NCBI GenBank assembly: GCA_944366945.1
Contig: CALVWJ010000002.1
Location: forward strand, 43,912 to 107,911
DNA: 64,000 nt
Source of the DNA: an uncultured Clostridia bacterium
Lineage (GTDB): Bacteria; Bacillota; Clostridia; Christensenellales; CAG-138
Reading direction: 5' to 3'
Below the pieces are notes generated by a model, which worked only from the letters and a program-made list of their open reading frames with translations, ran no database searches and was not told where the DNA came from. How positions within the stretch are numbered: the stretch's first letter is position 1; the number at the start of each line of letters is the position of its first letter. Of the stretch, positions 39,917 through 48,888 are shown piece after piece. Made by a program: the position numbers and the translations under genes.

Positions 39917-40060
39917 TTATTTGTTCTCCTTCTGGCACTTCTGGTTTGCAACCGTGCAGGAAGTTTTGCAGGCCGACTGGCAGGAAGCCTGGCACTCGCC
40001 GCAGCCGGTATGCGCAGAAGCATTGATGCAGGGCTGCTGAATGGTCTTAATGTGTTTCAT
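39917..40060 (-). CDS. scfA: SCIFF (six-cysteines-in-forty-five) ranthipeptide precursor
   Basis: It is not in the ORF track (47 aa): MKHIKTIQQPCINASAHTGCGECQASCQSACKTSCTVANQKCQKENK. This contains the hallmark GCGECQ.SCQSACKTSCTV core. GGAGGA lies 10 nt upstream. Confidence 0.93.
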   Translation of the reverse strand: MKHIKTIQQPCINASAHTGCGECQASCQSACKTSCTVANQKCQKENK

Positions 40061-40138
40061 TGGAATCTATCCTCCATACGTTTAGAGTAATTTCACTTTT
40101 GTTATTATACACAAATCACACGCATCCGACAACCCCGT

Positions 40139-40534
40139 TTATTTTCCAAACACCTGTGCAGCCATCGCGGTCAGCATACCTGCAAGGAGGCCCATGCCAA
40201 GATCAGAAAGCAGCGCCACCGAAACGATAAACGTATCCGCAAGAATAGAGAACACCATAAATGCAAGCGCTGCATAAAACAAGCCAGCTGCGCCACCGTA
40301 AAGCCACCGCCGTTTTGCACAACGCCGCACCGCAAGAAGCGCTGCAACTGCTGCGGAAAGCACTTTGATGACCGCATTTGCAATGGGCATGCTGCTTGCA
40401 GGCAGGATCTCCTTCCAGAGCGCAAGCGCATACAGCACGATCAGCACTATGCTGATGACGGACGCGAGCAGCCCGCCTTTTAGGATTTCAATCAACATGT
40501 TCGGGGCGCGTTCGCCCGCCTTTACGCTTCGCAT
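40139..40534 (-). CDS. small 4-TM membrane protein (possibly YrzE/TIGR04086-like)
   Basis: The product starts MRSVKAGERAPNMLIEILKGGLLASVISIVLIVLYA. AGAGAGGTG precedes the ATG at 40532-40534. Confidence 0.65.
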   Translation of the reverse strand: MRSVKAGERAPNMLIEILKGGLLASVISIVLIVLYALALWKEILPASSMPIANAVIKVLSAAVAALLAVRRCAKRRWLYGGAAGLFYAALAFMVFSILADTFIVSVALLSDLGMGLLAGMLTAMAAQVFGK

Positions 40535-40645
40535 AAGCACACCTCTCTTTTGGTTTATGCATATGCGCAAGCCAGGTGAATATGATTGCGCTACGTCAGC
40601 TTAGAAAAATTCCTATTTACGCAGCATATAGCGGGTTAAAAAGCG

Positions 40646-41323
40646 CTATGCGATTGGAAAATCGAAATAGGTGTCCGGGTGCGGATCCGGCGTTACGGAA
40701 TAATGCCACCATTCCCCATCATACCTGCGGAAGCCATTGGCACACATAACGTCGCAAAGCAGAGCGCGGTTTGCTTCCTGCAGAGGGGTTAGGCCCTTTG
40801 CGCCATGGTTGGAGCGTGCATCCATGAAATCAAATATGCTTCCCATGTCGAGCTCCTGCATAGTCGTCCGATCCACGAGCGTCAAATCCACCGCACAGCC
40901 GCGCGTATGGCCGGAACGGCGCGCAATATAGCCAAGCTCGAAAATCTGCGCTTTCTCTACGTTTGGGTAATGGATGGGTTTGCGGCGGTCATCCTCCACA
41001 TCCAACCCCCAGCGCACAAAGTCATCCACAGCGCGCTGCGGACGATAGGAATCATAAAACTTCATTAAATATCCTTTTTCCCGAAAGATAGCTGCTACCT
41101 TTACCAGCCGCTCCGCCGCTTCTTTGGTTACCACAACAAGCGGCACCGTGTAGCCTTCCGCAGGACGGCCCATAAAGTTGTCCGTGCCCGCATATTTTGC
41201 ATCGACGATGCAATCCTCAATTACCTCATCCACGTATAGGAACCCTTCCGGCAGCCCTTTTTTGGGGATACCTTTCGTGCTTTGATTCACGCAAAACGCC
41301 CCTTTCCTGTAATGGTATAGCAT
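40646..41323 (-). CDS. D-alanyl-D-alanine dipeptidase, VanX/DdpX (M15D) family
   Basis: The motifs SYRPQRA, HTRGCAVDLTL and EWWHY are present. The start is uncertain. Confidence 0.85.
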   Translation of the reverse strand: MLYHYRKGAFCVNQSTKGIPKKGLPEGFLYVDEVIEDCIVDAKYAGTDNFMGRPAEGYTVPLVVVTKEAAERLVKVAAIFREKGYLMKFYDSYRPQRAVDDFVRWGLDVEDDRRKPIHYPNVEKAQIFELGYIARRSGHTRGCAVDLTLVDRTTMQELDMGSIFDFMDARSNHGAKGLTPLQEANRALLCDVMCANGFRRYDGEWWHYSVTPDPHPDTYFDFPIA

Positions 41324-41450
41324 GGCTTTATCTTAGCAAGCCTTGGTGAGAAATGCAATGTATTTTGCTTGCAAAGGGCCACATAGCCAACCCGGTAAAC
41401 GCAAGGGCAGCCGTCTAAACAGAAGGCTGCCGTTTAAACTGGACCGCTCT

Positions 41451-42290
41451 TTATTCTTTCACAGAAGCGTCAATTGTGCCGGGCTCGGTATAAAAGCTGT
41501 AATGCGCCGTGCCGCCATATGCTTCTGCATTTTCCCAGGTTGCAACAACTTCATAAATAAAGCTGCCTTCCTTTAAAGGAATTTGAAACACGGGTTGATC
41601 TGCTTCCCCATCGTATTTGGAAACTGCTACAGCTTCGCTCTCTGCATCGATATGATCCCATTGCTCCACGCTCCAGCAGCAGACAGTCAGTTGATTGGGT
41701 ACAGTTTCAAATTGCAGGTAAGCGCTAAAAGGCTCGATATGTGAAAGCGTGCTTCGCGTTAGGTGTAAAGATGGCATATATTCTTTTGACTGCAAAGGGT
41801 GCAGGCTATCGGATTCTATGCCCATGAACGTTTTGTCCTCGTCCTGGTATGTCCAAGAGTAAGTGCCTCTTAATGCCGTTATCCCCTCATCAGCATACAT
41901 AATGGTCAATTGCGGTGGTTCCTTTAAGACGGAAGTATTGCCCGTTTTGGCGGAAGCATCCTCATAAGCACTGCTCTCCGGCGTGCAAAAACGCCATTCG
42001 TTTTCGTAAAGTACCGCAACTCCGTTTTCCACCTTTGCAATTGGCATATTTAATTCCCGGTTAAAATTGGTTGCATTGTTTTCTTTCGGGAATGCATCCG
42101 TGTAGGACTCTGTATAGCCAATGACAGCACTCTTGTCAATTTCCGCAGGCATTGCTTGAGAAGTCAGATAATATACCGTATCCCCCACCATAATCGCAGC
42201 AGGATAATCGGATGCAACGCCGTATAGCGAGCAACCGGCCATGGACACGATGAACAGCAGCGTCAAACCGATTGCAATGGACTTTTTCAT
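41451..42290 (-). CDS. lipoprotein, unknown function
   Basis: MKKSIAIGLTLLFIVSMAGCS carries a lipobox. GGGAGG precedes the ATG at 42288-42290. Confidence 0.75.
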   Translation of the reverse strand: MKKSIAIGLTLLFIVSMAGCSLYGVASDYPAAIMVGDTVYYLTSQAMPAEIDKSAVIGYTESYTDAFPKENNATNFNRELNMPIAKVENGVAVLYENEWRFCTPESSAYEDASAKTGNTSVLKEPPQLTIMYADEGITALRGTYSWTYQDEDKTFMGIESDSLHPLQSKEYMPSLHLTRSTLSHIEPFSAYLQFETVPNQLTVCCWSVEQWDHIDAESEAVAVSKYDGEADQPVFQIPLKEGSFIYEVVATWENAEAYGGTAHYSFYTEPGTIDASVKE

Positions 42291-42510
42291 ACTGCTCGCC
42301 TCCCATCCTAAATATTTCTTTAATGAGTAAAACGCATGCATTCCCCAAAAAGTTCCCGCCAAAACGTTGGAGCCCAAACCATCTCAAAACGTTGAATGAT
42401 TTTTAAGGTAAGCACAGAGCTTTGCATTTTCACTCTCCATATACCAAGCAAGCGCAAGGCGCAATCCATGATATCTTTCTTCATCGGCTATTATGGCTAG
42501 GCTGCAATAC

Positions 42511-42536
42511 AAAAAAAGCTCCGGTATACCGGAGCT
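42511..42536 (-). terminator. intrinsic terminator downstream of the zinc-ribbon gene
   Basis: The stem is AGCTCCGG/CCGGAGCT with loop TATA, followed by TTTTTTT on the minus strand. Confidence 0.85.
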
Positions 42537-42635
42537 TTCTGCCTGTTCTAATACCGTTTTGCCGCTTCACGCGGAACAAAGGGGATTAGCCCCAAGCACG
42601 GGGGGCGCTATGCCCTGTTGCAAGCGCGTTTGCCT

Positions 42636-42908
42636 TTAGCCTCTGCGGCTCTGGAAGCAGGCGCTGCAGTAAATGGGCCTGTCGTTCTTGGGAACGAACG
42701 GGATCTTGGTGGGCGCGCCGCACTGTGCGCAAACCGCATCATACATTTCGCGGTCATTTGAGCGCTGGCTCTTGCGGGCGTTCCGGCACGCTTTGCAACG
42801 GATGGGCTCGTTCTGGAAGCCTTTCTCAGCATAGAATTCCTGTTCGCCTGCGGTGAAAACGAATTCTGCGCCGCAATCCTTGCATACCAATGTCTTGTCC
42901 TGGAACAT
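42636..42908 (-). CDS. double CxxC zinc-ribbon protein (CxxC-x17-CxxC type), 90 aa
   Basis: The sequence is MFQDKTLVCKDCGAEFVFTAGEQEFYAEKGFQNEPIRCKACRNARK...AVCAQCGAPTKIPFVPKNDRPIYCSAC. AAGGGGA lies 10 nt upstream. The longer track ORF reaching 43082 reads through the leader. Confidence 0.85.
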   Translation of the reverse strand: MFQDKTLVCKDCGAEFVFTAGEQEFYAEKGFQNEPIRCKACRNARKSQRSNDREMYDAVCAQCGAPTKIPFVPKNDRPIYCSACFQSRRG

Positions 42909-43165
42909 GTGTCTGTTATCCCCTTGTAAAATTATTTTTGTTATGCCAAATTTCGGCTGACCTGGTCTTTGACCCCACACCCGCCAGCTGGAAGGTTCGC
43001 TCCTAGGCATATGCCCCCCACTACTGCTCCTCTCGGGGCATATACCCCGGCTGGGCTTACCTCTAAGCCGCACCATGCTCACGGGGCTTTTCCCCGCTTA
43101 CGTGGATCGTTTTGCCTGCGACTGGCATCGACTTGCAACCACAGACCCGAAACTTTGGATAACTT
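42909..43165 (-). ncRNA. unclassified structured leader/ncRNA upstream of the zinc-ribbon gene
   Basis: There is no credible ORF. A 16-bp closing helix pairs TTATCCAAAGTTTCGG with CCGAAATTTGGCATAA. Internal GC-rich hairpins include CGGGG-AAAAG-CCCCG, GGCTTA-GAGG-TAAGCC and a 12-bp stem GGTATATGCCCC/GGGGGCATATGCC. It has its own promoter, and there is an upstream terminator. Confidence 0.55.
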
Positions 43166-43170
43166 TTATT

Positions 43171-43199
43171 ATTATAATGGATTCCCTATAGAAACGCAA
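43171..43199 (-). promoter_or_regulatory. sigma-A-type promoter for the structured leader
   Basis: The minus strand reads TTGCGT, a 17-nt spacer, then TATAAT. Confidence 0.6.
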
Positions 43200-43210
43200 T
43201 GGTTTTTCGG

Positions 43211-43246
43211 AAAAAAGAGCGGCCATTTTCACGATCCGCTCTTTTT
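43211..43246 (-). terminator. intrinsic terminator downstream of the TIGR01440-like gene
   Basis: The stem is AGAGCGG/CCGCTCT, with T-runs on both strands. Confidence 0.7.
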
Positions 43247-43298
43247 CGCTTAAATAATTTATTGCGTTTTGACCTGCGCATCAAAGGGCGCCGCCTGC

Positions 43299-43874
43299 TT
43301 AGGCTTTGGGTTTTGGCATTTCATCATATTGTGCGCGAGGGCCGCCTACATATTTGGGACGCGTGCGGGCCATAGAAAGATTTGCCTCGCCAATTTTCCG
43401 TGTTTTAGCATGCACGGGAACAACTACTGGATGCAGATGCATGCCGATAAACGTGCCGCCGATATCCATGCCCGCACAAGCGCGGCCATGCAAGTCTTCC
43501 ACCATCACAGGATCCTCGAAGCGAGCAACCGCTTCCATAGAAAATGCGCCACCAGCATGAAGCTGCGGCTTCACCCATACCTGCTGAAGATCAAATTTCT
43601 CCATGCAACCGCGTTCCACTACAAGACAACGGTTCAAATGCTCGCAGCATTGCGCCGCAAGAAAGAGCCCGCGTTCCCGCACACGTGGCAAAATCGCATC
43701 CATGATTGCCTTTGCAGCATCCACGTTTGATCCTGTTCCAATCATCTTCCCCATAACTTCACTGGTAGAGCAGCCAACAACGAAAATATCTCCTGCATGC
43801 AGCGTATCTGCCGCCGCAAACAGCTCGTCCAGTGCAGCGTTTGCCTGCGCGTTGATCGTTTCAAATAGTCCCAT
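43299..43874 (-). CDS. UPF0340/TIGR01440 (YwlG-like) family protein
   Basis: It contains MGLFETIN...VVGCSTSEV.G..IG, AAQCCEHLNRCLVVER and GMDIGGTFIGMH. GAGGTGG precedes the ATG at 43872-43874. Confidence 0.85.
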   Translation of the reverse strand: MGLFETINAQANAALDELFAAADTLHAGDIFVVGCSTSEVMGKMIGTGSNVDAAKAIMDAILPRVRERGLFLAAQCCEHLNRCLVVERGCMEKFDLQQVWVKPQLHAGGAFSMEAVARFEDPVMVEDLHGRACAGMDIGGTFIGMHLHPVVVPVHAKTRKIGEANLSMARTRPKYVGGPRAQYDEMPKPKA

Positions 43875-44298
43875 GCTATCCACCTCGTTCAAGCGGCACA
43901 TCCTGCCGCAATTTCCCTATTATTATATGCTTACTGCAGCCTGCTTGCAAGGGGCTGCAACCATAACGGCATGCATCTTCATCTAATGCATGTGCTTCAA
44001 TTCTACGTTAACACATATAGCTCAAAAGCAAGATTGCATTTGAAAAGGCGCAAACAGCTGATTGGATTTGCGCTATATTCATTGTGTCTTATTTTAAATC
44101 AGCAGGTTCTAGCGGATTCTATCCCCAGCAACACGGAGCATAGCGACTAAGTCCTGTATGTAATGCATTCTTTTATAATTCTCCCGTGCCAGCCAACGTG
44201 TTATTCTCGAATCAGCATTAAACCAGGATTCTGATATTGTGCCCATTTATCGGAGCCGCGCAGCCGCATTAGCATGTCTCCTGCCGCTTCAATTCAAG

Positions 44299-44332
44299 AA
44301 GGCTCCCATGAGTATACTCATGGGAGCCTTTT
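44299..44332 (-). terminator. hairpin downstream of the second SBP gene
   Basis: The stem is AAGGCTCCCATGAGTA/TACTCATGGGAGCCTT. The U-tract is modest. Confidence 0.55.
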
Positions 44333-44345
44333 AAACGTTTCTAGT

Positions 44346-46016
44346 TTAGTTTTCTTCAACCATATACACGTCGTTGAGATAGAGGCTTCCAGTTGGCGTC
44401 GATATGATACCTTGGAGTTTACTGCTCCAACAGCGATAAGCTGTTCCCCTTATTAAGGGCAAAATCGTTGCATAGTCAAACAGTTTATACTGTATTTCGC
44501 TGATAACTTCGGTACGTTCATCGTAGTCAACCGTAGCACGCGCTTTTGCAACCAATTCAAGATAGCCTTCCCGGTCCAGATTGCTGCACTCTGCTGCAAT
44601 GTCGCTGCGGTTGCAGAAATTATCTACAAGCAGCATCGGCTCAGACCACCCCAGGTTCAAGAATGCCATATCGTAATTGCCATCCACCACGTCTTGATTC
44701 ACATACGACCAGTCCTGCGTAGTAATCGTCATTTCAATGCCAATTGCCTTTAAGTCCTCTTGCAGCGCTTGCGCTACAATGATGGAATTGTTTGCATCTC
44801 GTGAGCTGAAAACAAACGAGAGCTTCTTTCCATCCTTATCAACATAGCCATCGCCATCCGTGTCCGCCCAGCCAGAGTCTGCAAGATACTGTTTAGCCGC
44901 TTCTACGTCGTAACCATAGTTCTCTTTATAGTACGCTTCCACTTCGGGATCGTAATTCAAACAGTTATTCTGAACCAAGCAATATGTGGCATCGTTATAA
45001 TCATCGCTGTATTGTTCATATTTATCGCGGTCAAACCCGCGGATGATTGCCATGCGCACATTTTTATCAGCGAGGAATTCATTCTTGATGTTAAACTCAG
45101 CATAACCGATCATTGCGCAGCAGCTTTCAACCAAAGTTACCGCATCTGAAGCCTGCAAATCCTCAAGGTAATCTGCCGGCGCAGAATTGAGCAGGTCGTA
45201 ATCCCCGTTGATCAAGCCTGTATAGTAGGTGAAATCTTCGCCACCCATAACGATGTTAAGGGTTTCAACAGGCATCTTTCCTTTGTTTTCAACCAGCGGA
45301 TTATGCGTGACATACCCTGGATTCGCTTTTAAGGTAACGTATGCGCCCGGAGAGAATTCTTCTACATAGTATGCGCCGTAAGGATGGCACCCCCAGAGCA
45401 GCTCATCGTTGCTCATCGTATCAAGCTCATCTTTATCAATCACGCCTACAAAGCTGCTCATGAAATTATACTCCATATCCGCCTGGTACTCCGAAAGGTG
45501 TATAATCACATTCCGCCCGTCCACTTCCATAGATTCAATCGTCTTATAGCCGTCTGCCCAGGTGCTATATTCAAGGCCATGTTCGATGCTGGCTACAACG
45601 TCTTCCGGTTCCAGCTGTTCGCCTGTAGAATAATACATACCTTCCGGGAAAGTGAGCGTCCACGTTAAGCCATCTTCACTCCAAACGGACTCCGAAGCAA
45701 TGTTGGGAAGTGCTCTACCGTCATCCGCCATGGCGAGGATGCTGTCTGCAGCAAGCGATTGCGCACCATCGACCCAGGAGTCAATCAAGAACATATCCAT
45801 GCCTTCCCAAACATCTGTAACGATGGTTAGGGATTCGATTGGTGTCGTCTGCTCATCAGTGTCGCCTTCCTCGTCAGCGGTGCCGGGATCGGTGTTTTCT
45901 ACATTAACCGGCTCCTCTGCATTGTTGTTCACATTCTCTGCCCCCTCTTTGCTGCACGCGGCAAAGAGATTCAGCATCAATATGAGTACCAAGAACAGCG
46001 CTAAATACTTCTTCAT
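44346..46016 (-). CDS. ABC transporter substrate-binding lipoprotein, family 5 (peptide)
   Basis: MKKYLALFLVLILMLNLFAACS carries a lipobox. GGAGG precedes the ATG at 46014-46016. Confidence 0.9.
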   Translation of the reverse strand: MKKYLALFLVLILMLNLFAACSKEGAENVNNNAEEPVNVENTDPGTADEEGDTDEQTTPIESLTIVTDVWEGMDMFLIDSWVDGAQSLAADSILAMADDGRALPNIASESVWSEDGLTWTLTFPEGMYYSTGEQLEPEDVVASIEHGLEYSTWADGYKTIESMEVDGRNVIIHLSEYQADMEYNFMSSFVGVIDKDELDTMSNDELLWGCHPYGAYYVEEFSPGAYVTLKANPGYVTHNPLVENKGKMPVETLNIVMGGEDFTYYTGLINGDYDLLNSAPADYLEDLQASDAVTLVESCCAMIGYAEFNIKNEFLADKNVRMAIIRGFDRDKYEQYSDDYNDATYCLVQNNCLNYDPEVEAYYKENYGYDVEAAKQYLADSGWADTDGDGYVDKDGKKLSFVFSSRDANNSIIVAQALQEDLKAIGIEMTITTQDWSYVNQDVVDGNYDMAFLNLGWSEPMLLVDNFCNRSDIAAECSNLDREGYLELVAKARATVDYDERTEVISEIQYKLFDYATILPLIRGTAYRCWSSKLQGIISTPTGSLYLNDVYMVEEN

Positions 46017-46074
46017 TATGTGCCTCCATTTAGTATTATTCTCATGCCGACACCGGCCTAATGAGTCAATAAAA

Positions 46075-47055
46075 TCATTTTTGCATGCAAAGATGGCAGC
46101 GTGCCCAATGGTTTTCACCGATCCGCTCCATTTCCGGCCTTTCCTGCATGCAGATTTCTTCCGCATAACGGCAGCGCGGATGGAAGCTGCAGCCAGAGGG
46201 GAAATGAATTAAACTGCCCGGATCACCTTTCATGATTTCCTTTTCGCGCCCGCGCATGGTAGGATCAAGGATTGGCGAAGCTGCCATAAGCGCCTTGGAA
46301 TATGGATGGCTGGGATTGGAACACATGATTTTTGTTTCACCATACTCCACAAGTTGCCCCAAATACATAACCGCTACTTGATCGCTGATATATCGGATGA
46401 CGTTCAAGTCGTGCGTAATAATCATATAAGTAAGCTGATGCTGCTCCTGCAGGTCCAGCAACAGGTTCAAGATTTGTGCTTGCACGGAAATATCAAGCGC
46501 GCTCGTGGGTTCATCCAGAATCATGATTTGTGGGTTCATTGCCAAGGCTCGCGCAATCGCGATGCGTTGGAGTTGCCCGCCGGACAGCTGATGCGGATAA
46601 CTGTTAAGATAATGGGCATCCATTTTAACGCTTTCCAAAACCTCACGTGCCTTTTCTCTTGCCAATGCGCGTTTCATGCCATGAAGCACCATGGGCCGCA
46701 TGATGCTGCTCATCACCGTTTCGCGCGGATTGAGATTGGACAATGGATCTTGAAATACCACAGCGATATTCTTGCGGAGCTCTTTTTTCTCTGCAGCGCT
46801 GCACTTTGACATATCAACGCCGTTAATTAATACCGTTCCTTCGGTTGCCGAAGTCAAGTTTAGGATGACACGCGCCAAAGTGGTTTTTCCAGAACCGGAT
46901 TCGCCTACCAGCCCAAGTATCTTTCCTTTTTCAAGATTGAGAGTAAAATCATTAACCGCCTTAACGGTTTTCTTTCCTTTCGTAAAAAAGCCGTTGTCTA
47001 TTGAGAAGTGTTTTGAAAGATGTTCGATCTGTATCACAGGCTGCATTTTCTCCAT
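46075..47055 (-). CDS. oligopeptide ABC transporter ATP-binding protein (OppF type)
   Basis: It has Walker A GESGSGKTT, the signature LSGGQLQR, Walker B ILDEPTSALD, and a C-terminal oligopeptide-ABC extension. Its start shares one base with the upstream stop. Confidence 0.92.
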   Translation of the reverse strand: MEKMQPVIQIEHLSKHFSIDNGFFTKGKKTVKAVNDFTLNLEKGKILGLVGESGSGKTTLARVILNLTSATEGTVLINGVDMSKCSAAEKKELRKNIAVVFQDPLSNLNPRETVMSSIMRPMVLHGMKRALAREKAREVLESVKMDAHYLNSYPHQLSGGQLQRIAIARALAMNPQIMILDEPTSALDISVQAQILNLLLDLQEQHQLTYMIITHDLNVIRYISDQVAVMYLGQLVEYGETKIMCSNPSHPYSKALMAASPILDPTMRGREKEIMKGDPGSLIHFPSGCSFHPRCRYAEEICMQERPEMERIGENHWARCHLCMQK

Positions 47056-48023
47056 TACACTTCCTCCTCTGCAAAGTGGCATCTATAGGTATGTGTTGCG
47101 CTTAAAGCTCGAATTGCAGGATCTTGCTCATAGCAAATTTTTTTTGCCATTGGGCAACGGTTCGCAAACCGGCAACCAGGTTGGACTTCCATTAAACGCG
47201 GTACCGTTCCATCTATGGTCTGGAGGCGTCCTTCCTGCTTCGTGCCGCGCGGAAGCGCCTTCATCAATAAGCGTGTATATGGGTGCTTTGGAGCACGGAA
47301 AATCTCAAATACATCCCCCTGCTCAACCAGCTCGCCGGCATACATAATTGCAACGCGATCCGCAACCTCTGCAACCAAGCCGAAATTATGGGTAATCAGC
47401 ATGACCGCCGTTCCAAATTCCTTTTTGAGCTGGCTTATGATTTCAAGTATTTGCGCTTCGATCGTAACATCGAGCGCAGTGGTAGGTTCATCCGCAATCA
47501 ACAACGATGGGTTTCGGCTCAGCATCATGGCGATCATGACCCTTTGCCGCATACCGCCGCTCATCTCGTGTGGATAGGCCTGTACCCGTTTTTCTGCATC
47601 AGGCATTTTTACGTTCCTGTAGAGCTCGATCACCTTTTTCCAGCCTTCAAGTTTGCTGATTCCATCCAACCGTATCGCTTCATTAACCTGCGCGCCCGTA
47701 GTATAAACCGGGTTCAATGAATCCAGTGGGTTTTGAAAGATCATTCCAATATCATGACCACGAACCCCTGTGATCTGCTTGTTGGACAGCTCCATCAGAT
47801 TGGTGCCATTATACTTGATGCTCCCTAAAACAACTGCATTTTTATCCAGCAGGCGCATGATTGAATGCGCAACCGTGGATTTCCCGCAGCCGGATTCCCC
47901 TACCACTGCGAAGATTTCGCCGCGATTTACATGAAAGGAAACGTCCTTTACTGCGCTTAAGTATCCGCCGCGCACCTTATAGTTAATAGAAACATTTTCT
48001 AATCGAAGCAGTTCGTCATTCAT
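47055..48023 (-). CDS. oligopeptide ABC transporter ATP-binding protein (OppD type)
   Basis: It has GESGCGKST, MSGGMRQR and LIADEPTTALD. The ATG at 48021-48023 follows GAGGTG. Confidence 0.92.
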   Translation of the reverse strand: MNDELLRLENVSINYKVRGGYLSAVKDVSFHVNRGEIFAVVGESGCGKSTVAHSIMRLLDKNAVVLGSIKYNGTNLMELSNKQITGVRGHDIGMIFQNPLDSLNPVYTTGAQVNEAIRLDGISKLEGWKKVIELYRNVKMPDAEKRVQAYPHEMSGGMRQRVMIAMMLSRNPSLLIADEPTTALDVTIEAQILEIISQLKKEFGTAVMLITHNFGLVAEVADRVAIMYAGELVEQGDVFEIFRAPKHPYTRLLMKALPRGTKQEGRLQTIDGTVPRLMEVQPGCRFANRCPMAKKICYEQDPAIRALSATHTYRCHFAEEEV

Positions 48024-48036
48024 AAACAGCACCTCG

Positions 48037-48888
48037 TTAACCCTGCGATTTCATGCGGGGATCCAGCAGATCGCGTAACCCCTCACCGAGAATGGTAAAG
48101 CTCAAAACCGTGTAAACAAGCGCCAATCCTGGATAAATCGCAAGCCAGGGCGCCTTGGTGATATATTGGATGCCATCGGAAACCATTAACCCCCAGTCTG
48201 GCGAGGGCGGCTGCGAACCTACACCGAGAAACGAAAGCGTTGTCGTTGACATGATGGTGCTCGGAAGCGCCATGGATACCATAACGATCAGAGCTGGAAC
48301 AATATTGGGCAAGATGTAGCGGAACATTAATGAAAAGTCACTTTCTCCAAAGGCCACACCGGTTTCGATAAAAGCCATGTTTTTGAGTGACATTGTTTTT
48401 GCACGCACTGTTCTCGCCATTGACGCCCAGTTCACAAGCGCAATTGCAATGATGGCATTTGTTAAGTTTGTTCCGATCACCGTAACGACTGCAAGCGCCA
48501 TCACCATGCCGGGAACGCACCATGTTAGGTCTGCAAGGAACAGCATTGCTTTATCTACAACACCGCCAAAGTAACCGCAGAACAACCCTACAACTACGCC
48601 TAAGACCAATTGGATCGAGCCGCCGATAAGGGCAACTTTTAATGTGATGCGCGTTCCATATACAATGCGGCTGAAGAGATCTCTTCCCATTTCATCGGTT
48701 CCAAACAGGTGCTCCTTGCATGGTTCCGTTAATTTGGCCGCAGGATTCCCGGCGTCATATGCATAGGGTGCGATCTGGTCTGCAAACACCGCAAGAACCA
48801 GTATGCTGATGAACATGATCAATCCCAGCATAAAGTTGAAGTTTTTCAAGCTGCTGCGAAAAAATTCCTTGATAGGGCTTTCGTACAT
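48037..48888 (-). CDS. ABC transporter permease (OppC type)
   Basis: It is a multi-TM protein joined to the upstream permease by an ATGA overlap. Confidence 0.9.
   Translation of the reverse strand: MYESPIKEFFRSSLKNFNFMLGLIMFISILVLAVFADQIAPYAYDAGNPAAKLTEPCKEHLFGTDEMGRDLFSRIVYGTRITLKVALIGGSIQLVLGVVVGLFCGYFGGVVDKAMLFLADLTWCVPGMVMALAVVTVIGTNLTNAIIAIALVNWASMARTVRAKTMSLKNMAFIETGVAFGESDFSLMFRYILPNIVPALIVMVSMALPSTIMSTTTLSFLGVGSQPPSPDWGLMVSDGIQYITKAPWLAIYPGLALVYTVLSFTILGEGLRDLLDPRMKSQG

Noticed and set aside
42636-43082. The 148-aa version of the zinc-ribbon ORF.
   Set aside because: The N-terminal 58 codons read through the structured leader and have no RBS. The ATG at 42906-42908 with AAGGGGA upstream gives the conserved 90-aa double-CxxC protein.
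42909-43165. The idea that the structured element is a 6S RNA, suggested by its long closing helix and its co-transcription with a downstream ORF, as for E. coli ssrS.
   Set aside because: The interior folds into several independent hairpins and a second long-range helix, giving a multi-branch junction. A 6S RNA would be one long irregular hairpin with a central bubble.
43902-44298. A 400-bp intergenic stretch with fragmentary minus-strand frames downstream of the second SBP gene.
   Set aside because: I could find no motif, repeat or structure beyond the terminator hairpin, so there is not enough evidence to call a remnant or an RNA.
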